Source of the DNA: an uncultured Verrucomicrobiae bacterium | Lineage (GTDB): Bacteria > Verrucomicrobiota > Verrucomicrobiia > Chthoniobacterales > UBA10450 | NCBI GenBank assembly: GCA_963735805.1 | Contig: CAVTMK010000002.1 | Location: forward strand, 1,216,001 to 1,280,000 | DNA length: 64,000 nt | Direction of reading: 5' to 3' | Shown here: positions 10,737-21,223 of the stretch, one piece after another | How the letters are laid out: every line of letters starts with the position of its first letter | How positions within the stretch are numbered: the stretch's first letter is position 1 | Notes under the pieces: model-generated | Told to the model about the DNA's origin: nothing | Databases searched by the model: none | The model's input: only the letters and a program-made list of their open reading frames with translations | Program-made: the position numbers and the translations under genes

Positions 10737-11008
10737 TTAGGCCGCCCCCCCTGTCGACCGCGACTGTGGTCCTTCGTTCCAGATATCGAGGGCGCAACAC
10801 CACTGTCCATCGGGTTCGCGCCGCCAGATCGTGATGGCGCGGCCTTTCCGATAACTGGCGCGAATGCAGGTGCCAAAACAACCGCATCGTCAGTCTAGTA
10901 GGAGAGTATCCGGTCGATGTCCTCTCCTGCGGAAGCCAGCGCCGCCCATTCGGAGTCGCGTTTTAGCAAACGCTCCGCTTCAACTGATTGATCGCCCGCT
11001 GCATTCAT
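10737..11008 (-). pseudogene. DUF4440/YybH (NTF2-like) pseudogene
   Basis: MNAAGDQSVEAERLLKRDSEWAALASAGEDIDRILSY*TDDAVVLAP...; internal TAG at 10895-10897, then deletion/frameshift to AITIWRREPDGQWCCALDIWN. Confidence 0.75.
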
Positions 11009-11014
11009 CGGGGA

Positions 11015-11449
11015 TTAGTCTGTTGTGCGATCGTACGGAACGATGTTGTCCCATTCATCGGCGGATGAGCGCGCGACGAAGGCCACCACGGGTTCGGTCT
11101 TGCTCATGTTGAACACTTCGTGCGGCACGCCGGGTTTGATATAAATGAAATCACCGGCTTCATTTTCGATCACCTGCTTGAGGCCGGGTCCGAATTCGTG
11201 ACGCACCTTTCCTTCGATGATGTAAAGGATCACTTCGAAATCGACATGGATGTGCGCATAGGCAACGCCTCCGGGAGGAATGGTGGCGATGTTCGCCGAT
11301 AGCTTGCTTGTACCGGCATTCTTCGCGGACATGCCCTGTTTATAGTGAATGCCATTCCAGTCCCTTCGAGCGCCGCCGCCGCGAATGGTCAATATCCCAT
11401 TGTGATCTTCCAGTGCGCTGAGTTGGATGTTGTTCTTAGCGTCGTTCAT
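11015..11449 (-). CDS. Cupin domain protein
   Basis: AHIH...E and GDFIYIKPGVPH motifs. Confidence 0.85.
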   Translation of the reverse strand: MNDAKNNIQLSALEDHNGILTIRGGGARRDWNGIHYKQGMSAKNAGTSKLSANIATIPPGGVAYAHIHVDFEVILYIIEGKVRHEFGPGLKQVIENEAGDFIYIKPGVPHEVFNMSKTEPVVAFVARSSADEWDNIVPYDRTTD

Positions 11450-12621
11450 TTCGCTCTATGAAAGAACCTATCAAGCACTCGGTCGTAATATCTCCATCCT
11501 TTGGACGTAGGGTGTTCCCGATGAGCAATGAGGAAGTTTGGATCGGCATCGTGGTCTTCAAACTCGACGAGCGGGAAGTGATATCGCGCGGCGAGTTCGC
11601 GCATTCTATCGTAATAGATTCCTCGACTTGATCGCGAAATGCCTCTCGCGGCGTATGCGTCGATCGGGGTGCTTAGAATCAGCGGCCGGGCTTTGAGCTC
11701 TGTGAGTGTCCGGAACAATAGTTCTAAATCAGTCCATTCGCCGGCAGCCGCGACACGCGCGCGAAATTCCGCATCCCGGCCTGGGTGAATCGTATCGAAC
11801 GATTCTGCAGTCCACGTCTCCCAGCTCTCGCCAGACCTCGTCTTGATTGGCTGCGTCCTGTGAGAACTGAGCGATCGCATCCAATTTGGAATGGGTTTGC
11901 CTCGGTCTAAGATGTAAACGAGCGCCTCGAAGTGGTCTTGCAAATCAAGTATCATGTTTTGCAGCTTTCCCAACGGCCACATGGCCATCAGAACGATGCG
12001 GTCCAACGGACGATCCGAAGCGAGACAATTGGCTGCGAGCCGTAGCAGCCCATCTTTCCCCAGCGTCTCCGGGAATTGAAGCATTCGCTTTGCGATCGCA
12101 GCCTTCAGGTTTAAATCGAGAGCATTACCAAAAAGAGTGCCACACGCTGCAGGCAAGGAGAAGTTTCCGGCATAAAACTCCGGCCGTTCCGCGGGCGCTA
12201 AAAATGAGCTCGCCGATAGCGAGACGGCAATTTTGCGTCCATGCAAGTCAGACCCAATCGCGCCTAATTTTTGCAAGATGATCAGCGAGGCAGTGCCGGC
12301 CTTGCCCACAGGACATACCTCAAATCCGGTGGGCTCTTTGCGAAAGAAATCAGACGCCCTGTTCGGAATCGGGTCGATCAACTCCGAGCTCCCATAAAGA
12401 AGTAAGACGTCCGGCGCTCGCGCCGCGGCACGTTCAAAAGCCAGTCCCTGATTTTTAATAAAGAAATCCCTTGGCGCGGTGGAATGAATTGTCCGTTCCT
12501 CGAGGTAAATTGCCACCAGTCTGCCACCGCAAAGGATCGCAACCGTTAGCGCACAGGCGATCAGGGCGCTGGAGAGATGCGGCGCGAGCGCGAGCGCAGT
12601 AGCGCGTCTGATCATAAACAT
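11446..12621 (-). CDS. dltD: DltD-like D-alanylation protein
   Basis: N-terminal TM, KNQG, LLYGSSEL and C-terminal H(PT)SKGW pattern typical of DltD. Confidence 0.7.
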   Translation of the reverse strand: MFMIRRATALALAPHLSSALIACALTVAILCGGRLVAIYLEERTIHSTAPRDFFIKNQGLAFERAAARAPDVLLLYGSSELIDPIPNRASDFFRKEPTGFEVCPVGKAGTASLIILQKLGAIGSDLHGRKIAVSLSASSFLAPAERPEFYAGNFSLPAACGTLFGNALDLNLKAAIAKRMLQFPETLGKDGLLRLAANCLASDRPLDRIVLMAMWPLGKLQNMILDLQDHFEALVYILDRGKPIPNWMRSLSSHRTQPIKTRSGESWETWTAESFDTIHPGRDAEFRARVAAAGEWTDLELLFRTLTELKARPLILSTPIDAYAARGISRSSRGIYYDRMRELAARYHFPLVEFEDHDADPNFLIAHREHPTSKGWRYYDRVLDRFFHRAK

Positions 12622-12836
12622 TCGTAATATTACGTTGGGCTCAGACTTTTCCAGAATGATTTGGACTTCTGAAAGAACGTAGAGGGCGCACGATCAAAAC
12701 CATTCGTTGAAACGATGACCGATTGAAGCGATGAAGAAGAACGTTGAAGCGTGATGCGATTACGATTGAAGCGATTAAAGCCCAATTAGGTTTAACGCTT
12801 CAATGGGTCAACCATTTAGCAATTTAACGAGCAAAC

Positions 12837-15044
12837 ATGAAAACTTTCGAGATCGCTGGATTACCGCCTGACGAACTGAACCGCTTCGTCGAGGGAGGCC
12901 ATTCGGATCCTTTTAGAGTCCTGGGTCCTCACCGGATTGGAGACGATTTGGAGATCCGCGTCTTTCGTCCCGATGCCCGCAAGGTTGAGGTCGTTCTGGA
13001 CCAACATGCGGAAGAGCCTATTACCGCGCAAAAAATTCAACAGGACGGTTTTTTTTGCGCAACGGTCCGAGATGCGACGCGCGATCTTCCGTACCATCTG
13101 CGGGTCACTGCCTGGGACGGCTCGCATCATCTGACTCGCGATCCCTATCAGTTCGGGCCGATCATGGGCGAAGTCGATCTGCATCTTTTCGCCGAAGGAC
13201 AACATTGGAAAATATACGAAAAGTTCGGCGCGCATGTGCGCACTCTCGGGGATGCGACCGGCGTTTATTTCTCGGTCTGGGCGCCTAACGCTGAACGAGT
13301 CAGCGTGGTCGGCGATTTCAACGGTTGGGACGGCCGGGTTAATCCCATGCGCAGACTCATCGGCCACGGTGTGTGGGAGCTATTCTTGCCCGGTATCAAG
13401 CCAGGCGCGCATTACAAGTTCGAGATCCGCACCCAAACCGGAGCGCTCCTCCTCAAGAGCGATCCGTTCGCATTCTTCAATCAGCATGGGAAATCGACGG
13501 CGTCACTGGTGTACGATCTGGAACATTACACCTGGAACGACGGCGGGTGGATGGAATCGCGCCGGACACGGAACTGGCCGCGAAGCCCTGTCAGCATTTA
13601 CGAAGTCCACGTCGGCTCATGGCGTCGCAAGGCAGAGGAAGAAAATCGACAGCTAAGTTATCTCGAGCTTGCCGAGACGTTGCTGCCGTACGTGCTGGAG
13701 ATGGGTTACACGCATATCGAGTTATTGCCAGTTGCGGAACACCCATTCGAAGGTTCATGGGGTTATCAGGTCACAAATTATTACGCACCCACCAGCCGGT
13801 TCGGCACACCCGATGAATTCCGTCATTTTATCGACAAATGTCATCAGGCCGGGATCGGCGTGATCATGGATTGGGTGCCTGCGCATTTTCCAAAAGACGC
13901 GCATGCCCTGGCCGAATTCGATGGAACCGATCTATACGAGCACATGGACCCGCGCCAGGGTGAGCACCAGGATTGGGGCACGCTCATTTTCAATTTCGGC
14001 CGCAACGAAGTGCGCAATTTTCTCATCGGCAACGCGCTTTTCTGGCTCGATAAATATCACATCGACGGTCTGCGGGTGGATGCAGTGGCCTCGATGCTTT
14101 ACCTCGACTATTCGCGGAAGCCCGGCCAATGGATTCCGAATGTTTACGGTGGCCGGGAGAACCTCGACGCCATCTATTTCCTGAAACGTTTCAACGAGGT
14201 CTGTTACGAGCGTTTCCCGGGGATCATGACCATTGCAGAGGAATCAACTGCGTGGCCTGGCGTATCGCGTCCGACTTATCTGGGCGGGCTTGGATTCGGT
14301 TTCAAATGGAACATGGGCTGGATGCACGATTTCCTGCAATACATGAGTCTCGACCCGATTTACCGGCGTTTTCATCACGGTAACATCACCTTTTCACTGC
14401 TCTATGCGTTCCACGAGAATTTCGTTCTGGTGTTGAGCCATGACGAAGTGGTGTACGGCAAGCGCTCGTTGCTATCCAAGATGCCCGGTGACGAATGGCA
14501 GAAGTTTGCCAATCTGCGGATGTTTCTGGCGTGGATGTACGGGCATCCCGGTAAAAAACTCCTCTTCATGGGCGGCGAATTCGGCCAATTGAACGAGTGG
14601 AACCACGATACGAGTCTCGACTGGCAACTCGTTAACCTGCCTCAGCACGACGGTCTGCGGAGGCTGGTGCAACATTTGAATTACATTTACAAAAGCGAAC
14701 CCGCGCTTTGGCAACTCGACGATAGCTACGAAGGCTTTGACTGGATCGATCTTCACGACGCCGATAACAGTGTGGTCTCCTTCATGAGAAAATCGCGCGA
14801 GGGCGACGTGGTCGCGTTTGTGGTTAACGCAACACCTATGGTGCGCTACGATTACCGCCTCGGCGTTCCCGAGTCCGGCTTCTATCGGGAGCTTATCAAT
14901 ACCGACGCCGAAACCTATGGCGGCAGCAACGTGGGAAATCTTGGCGGGGTCCGGACCCAGGATGTTCCGTGGATGGGCCGCGCACAGTCAATCCTGATCA
15001 ACTTGCCGCCACTGGCAACCGTGGCGTTTAAGCTGGAAAAGTGA
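12837..15044 (+). CDS. glgB: 1,4-alpha-glucan branching enzyme
   Basis: [45 protein letters not shown]. Confidence 0.97.
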   Translation: MKTFEIAGLPPDELNRFVEGGHSDPFRVLGPHRIGDDLEIRVFRPDARKVEVVLDQHAEEPITAQKIQQDGFFCATVRDATRDLPYHLRVTAWDGSHHLTRDPYQFGPIMGEVDLHLFAEGQHWKIYEKFGAHVRTLGDATGVYFSVWAPNAERVSVVGDFNGWDGRVNPMRRLIGHGVWELFLPGIKPGAHYKFEIRTQTGALLLKSDPFAFFNQHGKSTASLVYDLEHYTWNDGGWMESRRTRNWPRSPVSIYEVHVGSWRRKAEEENRQLSYLELAETLLPYVLEMGYTHIELLPVAEHPFEGSWGYQVTNYYAPTSRFGTPDEFRHFIDKCHQAGIGVIMDWVPAHFPKDAHALAEFDGTDLYEHMDPRQGEHQDWGTLIFNFGRNEVRNFLIGNALFWLDKYHIDGLRVDAVASMLYLDYSRKPGQWIPNVYGGRENLDAIYFLKRFNEVCYERFPGIMTIAEESTAWPGVSRPTYLGGLGFGFKWNMGWMHDFLQYMSLDPIYRRFHHGNITFSLLYAFHENFVLVLSHDEVVYGKRSLLSKMPGDEWQKFANLRMFLAWMYGHPGKKLLFMGGEFGQLNEWNHDTSLDWQLVNLPQHDGLRRLVQHLNYIYKSEPALWQLDDSYEGFDWIDLHDADNSVVSFMRKSREGDVVAFVVNATPMVRYDYRLGVPESGFYRELINTDAETYGGSNVGNLGGVRTQDVPWMGRAQSILINLPPLATVAFKLEK

Positions 15045-15072
15045 TTTGTTATACAGTTACATGAGGGTTTAA

Positions 15073-15276
15073 ATGATGAACGTGCGTTTACTACTTGGGT
15101 TACTTTTATTAGGTCTGTTTTGCGGTTGCGCTGCCAATGTCCCTTATTCGGAGACAATGACTGACACCAGTTCCCAGGCTCACCAAAGGGTCATACTCGA
15201 CTCACCACGACAAGCACCGATAACTTATCAACCCGGACTCGATTCGGGGTCGGGGATGATGGGCAGCGGCCAGTAA
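15073..15276 (+). CDS. Small putative lipoprotein
   Basis: Hydrophobic N-terminus with FCGC lipobox-like motif. Confidence 0.5.
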   Translation: MMNVRLLLGLLLLGLFCGCAANVPYSETMTDTSSQAHQRVILDSPRQAPITYQPGLDSGSGMMGSGQ

Positions 15277-15309
15277 GCAAATTTTCGGAAACAATTTCGG
15301 AGTCGACGC

Positions 15310-15356
15310 GCAGCCGACACTCCGAAGGCGTTCGCCAGCGCACGGCTGCCTCTACA
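15310..15356 (-). repeat. GTAG-tagged REP-like palindrome carrying a TTCGGA module
   Basis: Minus strand TGTAGAGGCAGCCG...CGGCTGC stem. Confidence 0.6.
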
Positions 15357-16641
15357 GAGTTTGGGAGCCGAATTCGCCGTCGCTCACGCGAGTGCGAATT
15401 TTCATCTTTTGCCGGACTGCCCCGGTCGTTCGGATGATTTTTCCGCGCTCGTCCATTGTGATGCTGTATCCGCGGCGCAAAGTTGCATTCGGCCCGAGTA
15501 CACGGAGAATTTCTGCCATGTGTCCGAAGCGTTGCCTGGCGGTTTCGAGTAATCGCTCCGGGCAGGCGACCAGCCGCCGTTGCAAATCAGCAAAGCGGTC
15601 ACGCCGCATCAAGAGTTCCCGCGCAGGACTGCGCGCTTGTAATGCGCGCGTGGCGTGAAGGAGACTGCGTTTGTAACCATCGATCCTGTGTGCCAGACAA
15701 CGCTGCAGAGTCTCCCGCGCATGATCCAGCCGCTGTTGGGCATCACGTAAGCGGTTAAGCAACTGGCGCGTTAGCGCGCGTGTGCAACCGTCGATGCGCC
15801 GTTCCAGCTCGATAACGGCGGGTACGATCAATTCGGCCGCAGCGCTCGGCGTGGGCGCCCGCAGATCCGCGACGAAATCGCAGATGGTGAAATCAATTTC
15901 GTGGCCGACTGCTGAGACGATTGGCACTGTTGAGTTGAATATCGCTCGTGCGACAATCTCTTCGTTGAATTCCCATAAATCTTCGATGCTCCCGCCGCCG
16001 CGGGTGACCACGATCAGATCGAAAGGCGCAAACGCCTCGTTAGGCACAGCGAGTTCGCGGATGGCCACAGCGATCTCCTGTGCAGCTCCGGTTCCCTGGA
16101 CGCGGACGGGGTTGATCAGAATCTGCAACCAGGGCGCGCGGCGCCGCAGCACGTTTAGCATATCGCGAATGGCTGCCCCGCTCGGTGAGGTGACGATTCC
16201 AATTCGCCGTGGGAATTTTGGTAACGACTGTTTGCGATCCGGCGCGAATAATCCCTCGGCTTCCAGCTTGCGTTTGAGCTCTTCGAATTTTGCCTGTAGC
16301 AGGCCGACTCCACGCGGCTGAAGAATCTGAACATTGAGCTGATATTGTCCGCGCGCTTCGAAAACGGTGACAGTGCCGTAAACCTGCGCCCGGGTCCCGT
16401 CACCAACAGGTTGTCGCGGCGGTGCGATGGTGTCGCGCCAGATCACGCAGCTGATCTGGGCGCGCTGGTCTTTGAGGGTGAAATATTGATGGCCGCTCGG
16501 ATGGAGCTTGTAATTCGAGATCTCGCCCTGAACCCACACTGCACGGAACTTTGTTTCGAGCGCTCCACGAATCTGTCGCGTCAACTCGCCGACGGTAAAG
16601 ACTTTGGCGGTTTGCGGAAAGAAATCGGTCTGTAGCGGCAT
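15352..16641 (-). CDS. xseA: Exodeoxyribonuclease VII large subunit
   Basis: VWVQGEISN, SGHQYFTLKD, RGGGSIEDLW.FN, GHEIDFTI.DFVAD.RAPTPSAAAE. Confidence 0.97.
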   Translation of the reverse strand: MPLQTDFFPQTAKVFTVGELTRQIRGALETKFRAVWVQGEISNYKLHPSGHQYFTLKDQRAQISCVIWRDTIAPPRQPVGDGTRAQVYGTVTVFEARGQYQLNVQILQPRGVGLLQAKFEELKRKLEAEGLFAPDRKQSLPKFPRRIGIVTSPSGAAIRDMLNVLRRRAPWLQILINPVRVQGTGAAQEIAVAIRELAVPNEAFAPFDLIVVTRGGGSIEDLWEFNEEIVARAIFNSTVPIVSAVGHEIDFTICDFVADLRAPTPSAAAELIVPAVIELERRIDGCTRALTRQLLNRLRDAQQRLDHARETLQRCLAHRIDGYKRSLLHATRALQARSPARELLMRRDRFADLQRRLVACPERLLETARQRFGHMAEILRVLGPNATLRRGYSITMDERGKIIRTTGAVRQKMKIRTRVSDGEFGSQTL

Positions 16642-16754
16642 GGTTAAAACATTGAAGGGATGAAGAGATGAAGCATTAAAGCGGCGGTAAATGCCTCAAC
16701 ATCGCTTCAACCATTCAGGGCTCAACATTCAAATGAAGCAACTGGAGCAGGCAC

Positions 16755-16826
16755 TGTAGCCACGGCGCTGTATCGCCGTGTCGAGAAGAACATGATCAAA
16801 CGCCTCGACGCAGCGAGGCGGCTACA
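16755..16826. repeat. GTAG-tagged REP doublet
   Basis: TGTAGCCACGG...CGCCTCGAC.CAGCGAGGCG.CTACA; close copy at 31369-31444. Confidence 0.75.
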
Positions 16827-17820
16827 GTAATTCAGGCTGCATGCCGCCCGGCGGTTTTAGTCCCAGCTTGCGATAGGCGTTCGCCGTGGCCACACGACCT
16901 TGCGGAGTGCGTTTGATGTAGCCTTCCATGATCAAATACGGCTCGTTCACTTCTTCGATGGTGCCGGCTTCTTCGCCGATTGCGACCGCGAGCGAGTTCA
17001 AACCGACTGGTCCACCGTTAAATTTGTGAATTAACGCTTCAACGATCCGCTTGTCCCATTGATCGAACCCGTCCCGATCGATCTCGAGCATTGTCAGTGC
17101 CCGATCTGCCAGCTCAGCGGTGATTTTTCCGTCAGCTTTCACCTGTACATAGTCACGCACCCAGCGCAAAAGATTGTTCGCCGTGCGTGGCGTCCCGCGT
17201 GTGCGCGAGGCGATCTCGGCTGCCCCGGCTGAATCAATTTCCACGCCAAGCAGGTGGGCGCTGCGCAGGATGATTTTCTGCATTTCCTCGGCGTGGTAGT
17301 AGTCGAGGCGCGCCGTCATCCCAAAACGCGACCGGAGCGGCGCGCTCACCATTCCGGCCCTCGTGGTTGCGCCGATCAACGTGAACTTTGGCAAGTTCAG
17401 GCGGAGACTGCGCGCCTGAGGTCCCTGGTCGATGATGATGTCCAGCCGGTAATCTTCCATCGCAGGATAAAGATATTCTTCGATGGTTGGTTGAAGCCGA
17501 TGAATCTCGTCGATGAAAAGAACGTCTCCCTTTTCAAGGCTCGTGAGCAGCCCGGCGAGTTCGCCCGCCTTTTCGATGACAGGCCCACTGGTGTTCTTGA
17601 TGTTCCCGTTCATCGCATTCGCGATGATGTAAGCCAGTGTTGTTTTACCAAGACCAGACGGACCGCTGAGTAAAATGTGTTCGAGCACATCACCGCGCTT
17701 CTTTGCAGCTTCCACCATTAACTCAAGTCGCTCGCGTACTTTTACCTGCCCGGTGAACTCGCTAAAAGCTGGCGGCCGCAGCGAAATTTCAAAGGCGGCA
17801 TCTGGTTCCGGTGGTTTCAT
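16822..17820 (-). CDS. ruvB: Holliday junction branch migration helicase
   Basis: SLRP, Walker [36 protein letters not shown]. Confidence 0.97.
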   Translation of the reverse strand: MKPPEPDAAFEISLRPPAFSEFTGQVKVRERLELMVEAAKKRGDVLEHILLSGPSGLGKTTLAYIIANAMNGNIKNTSGPVIEKAGELAGLLTSLEKGDVLFIDEIHRLQPTIEEYLYPAMEDYRLDIIIDQGPQARSLRLNLPKFTLIGATTRAGMVSAPLRSRFGMTARLDYYHAEEMQKIILRSAHLLGVEIDSAGAAEIASRTRGTPRTANNLLRWVRDYVQVKADGKITAELADRALTMLEIDRDGFDQWDKRIVEALIHKFNGGPVGLNSLAVAIGEEAGTIEEVNEPYLIMEGYIKRTPQGRVATANAYRKLGLKPPGGMQPELL

Positions 17821-17915
17821 TAAGCGACCGTTAAAATGTTACAACGTTAAAGCGTTGAAGCGAATGTTGTGACAGCACTGGTGTCAAGCGCCCGACAGGA
17901 GCGGGCTTGAGATAA

Positions 17916-18320
17916 CTAGCTTGCCAGATTCTTCGTCAGCACCAGTTCCGTGCCGCGGCGTTTATGGATGTAATCGACTTCGTCAAAAGCGTTACGAATC
18001 AGAAATAACCCGAGTCCACCCGGCTTGATTAGATTGTGAGAGCGGCCTTTCATGTCGTTAGGCGGGACCTGTTCGCCATAGTCGCGCACTCGCATGCGCA
18101 CGCATTTACGCTTGCCTTCCAAATGCAACGAGATGAGCTGATCGTCACGCAGACGATAAGCGTAACGGATAACGTTCGTGCACGCTTCATCCACGCCGAG
18201 CACCATTAGCAGACGTTCTCTTTCGGAGAACGGATAGCCGTTGAGAAACTGGCGCACGCAGTTGCGCATCAAGGCCAGGTTGGCTGTATGACTACTAAAC
18301 TCGACTGTCTGTTTATTCAT
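17916..18320 (-). CDS. Anti-sigma factor/RsbW-like ATP-binding protein
   Basis: DEACTNVIRYAY, RDYG, GGLGLFLI; start chosen at MNKQ. Confidence 0.85.
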   Translation of the reverse strand: MNKQTVEFSSHTANLALMRNCVRQFLNGYPFSERERLLMVLGVDEACTNVIRYAYRLRDDQLISLHLEGKRKCVRMRVRDYGEQVPPNDMKGRSHNLIKPGGLGLFLIRNAFDEVDYIHKRRGTELVLTKNLAS

Positions 18321-18543
18321 TAACCGCTCTGAAATCTGAGCAGATTCCACGTGTTTATTCAACTCCGAACGTCTTTCCAGCCCGGCGTGAACGCAACGCG
18401 ACTCCTTTATTCTCAATCGGAGTGACGTCAGATTTGCGTTAGACCGTTGACATGGAACCGGAGTGCATGTGGCATGCGTTCCTAGTATGCGCCGAGCGGA
18501 AAACGTGATGGACACTTGCCCAAACCGCTGTTCAATTTTGCAC

Positions 18544-19236
18544 ATGTGGAAATTGTTTGCTGTGCTTTTGCTCTCCGTTACACCCGCGCTCGCACAGGAG
18601 AACGCTACTGCGTACGAGGCGCTTCGCGTGGTGGGAACTGAATTGGGCCGGGGGGTCGTAAATCATGTTGTATTGATTACCGGTGAGAAAGGGGATCCAC
18701 AGCCGGCAAAGTGGAAAATTATTTTGGAGGACCCTGATGGCGGTGGTGTGCGCGAACTTGAAGTCGCTGACGGCAAGATTGATTCCGAACACAGACCTGG
18801 GCGCTCAGTGGCAGGCTCCGCCGAAGGCGCAACGATCGATACAACGCATTTGAACCTGGATTCGAGCGGTGCCTATGAAATAGCAGCCCACACGGCTGAG
18901 TTATCGCACGCCAATTTTACAACAGCCGATTATAAGCTGCGCACCGATGAGCGCGGCGAACCGACCTGGATCGTTACTCTGTTGAGTCGATCATCGAGTC
19001 CGGTCGGCACCCTCCACATCGATGCAATGCGAGGCACGGTGAAGCGAACAGAAGGAATGTTTGCCGGCGCGACGATGGAAGATGTGGAGAACGATTACGA
19101 CAGCGACGGAGAAAACGGGCCATTTAGCGGGGTTAAAAGACGCATCAAGGACACTTTTCACCGGACACAGGACGAAGCGCGAGATATGTTTGAAAGAGTG
19201 AGGCGCTCGTTTTCCGATTTCATCAACCGCGGGTAA
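18544..19236 (+). CDS. Hypothetical secreted protein
   Basis: Signal peptide MWKLFAVLLLSVTPALA. Confidence 0.7.
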   Translation: MWKLFAVLLLSVTPALAQENATAYEALRVVGTELGRGVVNHVVLITGEKGDPQPAKWKIILEDPDGGGVRELEVADGKIDSEHRPGRSVAGSAEGATIDTTHLNLDSSGAYEIAAHTAELSHANFTTADYKLRTDERGEPTWIVTLLSRSSSPVGTLHIDAMRGTVKRTEGMFAGATMEDVENDYDSDGENGPFSGVKRRIKDTFHRTQDEARDMFERVRRSFSDFINRG

Positions 19237-20195
19237 TGGCAGTCAAAGTGAATGTCGAATCCAACCAGTGGCCTCTTCTGCCATTTGCAGAGTGGAAAGA
19301 CACGGCTGTCACCCTGCACATGTGGACGCAGATTGTTGGTAAGGTTCGGCTGACGCTCAGTCCATGGACGAATCACTCCTGGCACGTCACACTCTACGTC
19401 ACTTCACGCGGCCTAACGACTTCACCGATCCCGTACGGTTCGCACACTTTCGAGATACAGTTTGATTTGATCGATCATCAGCTGCTCATCGACAAGAGCG
19501 ATGGTGCGCGGCGAACCATTCAACTAAAACCGCAATCAGTTGCCGAGTTTTATCGGGTCGTGATAAAAACATTGAGCGATCTCGGAATGCCCGTGACCAT
19601 TAACACCACGCCTAACGAGATCGAGAATCCGATCCCGTTCGATCGGGATGAAGAACATCGTTCTTACGACCGCGAGTACGCGAACCGGTTCTGGCGTGTA
19701 CTCGTGCAAAGCGATCGCGTATTCAAGGAATTCCGCTCGCGCTTCTGTGGCAAGTGCAGTCCGGTTCATTTTTTCTGGGGCAGCTTTGATCTGGCAGTGA
19801 CGCGTTTCTCCGGGCGCCCAGCACCGCCCCATCCGGGCGGAGTTCCGCACTTGCCGGATGAGATCACGCGCGAGGCCTACTCGCAGGAAGTCAGCAGTCT
19901 GGGTTTCTGGCCGGGCAATGCGGCTGCGCCAACGCCACTCTTTTATTCCTATGCATATCCGGAACCGCCGGGGTTTTCAGAGGCGAAAATCCAACCGGAT
20001 GCCGCTCTCTATCAGGCCAAGTTGCGGGAGTTCGTACTGCCTTACGACGCGGTGCGCACTACTGAAAAACCGGACGAAACTCTTCTCGCCTTTGCGCAGA
20101 GCGCCTACGACGCTGCCTCGACCTTGGGCAAGTGGGACCGTAAGGGATTGGAGGAAAAGAAGCCAGTCTTGCATTCGGCTTCACAACATTCGTAA
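19236..20195 (+). CDS. DUF5996 family protein
   Basis: TLHMWTQIVGK, GKCSPVHFFWGSFDLAVTRFSG, FYSYAYPEP. Confidence 0.85.
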   Translation: MAVKVNVESNQWPLLPFAEWKDTAVTLHMWTQIVGKVRLTLSPWTNHSWHVTLYVTSRGLTTSPIPYGSHTFEIQFDLIDHQLLIDKSDGARRTIQLKPQSVAEFYRVVIKTLSDLGMPVTINTTPNEIENPIPFDRDEEHRSYDREYANRFWRVLVQSDRVFKEFRSRFCGKCSPVHFFWGSFDLAVTRFSGRPAPPHPGGVPHLPDEITREAYSQEVSSLGFWPGNAAAPTPLFYSYAYPEPPGFSEAKIQPDAALYQAKLREFVLPYDAVRTTEKPDETLLAFAQSAYDAASTLGKWDRKGLEEKKPVLHSASQHS

Positions 20196-20204
20196 TTAGG
20201 CGAG

Positions 20205-21143
20205 ATGAATCCTGGTTGCGCGGCCGAACAAAATGCGTGGCGTGAAGTGAAAGATGGATGGCGCCCTCTGTACGGCGATGTGGAGAAAATCGGAGTGGCC
20301 GTCGAATGGCACGACTTTCGCACCGAACACTCGTTTAACTGGGGTCGAACCTTCCATCCGAACAGCCTGGAGTTCTGTTTGAATCTCGATGGCCGTGGAG
20401 CTGTAGGCACTGAAGGTCGCGCGCGGAGCGATTATACTCCCGGTAACTGTGGTTATTATGCAATCGCCGATAAACCACTCCCCGCATCACGTCGGGCACG
20501 CGATCATCACCAATTCGTGACACTGGAGTTCTCGCGAGAACATTTACAAAAGCAATTTGTGCGAAACGAAGGTGACCTCGAGCCGGAGATTCGCCGGATT
20601 GTGTTTGGAGACGGGGAGGAAAACGTTGTCGCGCCCGCGCGCCCGATGACCCTGCAGCAGCGGAGCGTGGTTGCTAGTCTGGCAGACCCTCCCGTGGCAC
20701 AAGCAGCGCAGATCCTCTGGTATCAAGGCAAGGCCCTGGAGCTCATGGCGCATTTCCTTTTCGCGCCGAAGGATCCGGAATTTTTTTGTATGCGGCAAAA
20801 ACGCGTGGCGCGCGAACGCGTGGACCGCACGAAAGAACTTCTCGCTCGCGATCTCGCTAATCCGCCTACGCTGGAGATGATCGGCCAGGAGGTAGGCTGC
20901 AGCCCGTTCTATCTAAGCAGAATTTTTTCACGCGAAGTGGGCCTGACCATTCCGCAATATTTGCGCAACTTGCGAATGGAACGCGCAGCCGAGTTGTTGC
21001 GCACAGGGCGCTACAACGTCACCGAGGCTGCTACAGAAGTTGGTTACTCGAGCCTGAGCCATTTTAGCAAAGCATTTTGCGAAACCATTGGCTGCTGTCC
21101 GGTCCTGTATCCCGCGGCAAAGAATGTGATTCTGGATCGCTGA
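20205..21143 (+). CDS. AraC family transcriptional regulator
   Basis: C-terminal double HTH: NVTEAATEVGYSSLSHFSKAF. Confidence 0.92.
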   Translation: MNPGCAAEQNAWREVKDGWRPLYGDVEKIGVAVEWHDFRTEHSFNWGRTFHPNSLEFCLNLDGRGAVGTEGRARSDYTPGNCGYYAIADKPLPASRRARDHHQFVTLEFSREHLQKQFVRNEGDLEPEIRRIVFGDGEENVVAPARPMTLQQRSVVASLADPPVAQAAQILWYQGKALELMAHFLFAPKDPEFFCMRQKRVARERVDRTKELLARDLANPPTLEMIGQEVGCSPFYLSRIFSREVGLTIPQYLRNLRMERAAELLRTGRYNVTEAATEVGYSSLSHFSKAFCETIGCCPVLYPAAKNVILDR

Positions 21144-21223
21144 CGCGACCTGCGTTATTCGTGAATCGAGATTCGTAACTCGAAAGACGATGTGACGATT
21201 CTCGAATTTCGGGTCACGCTTGC

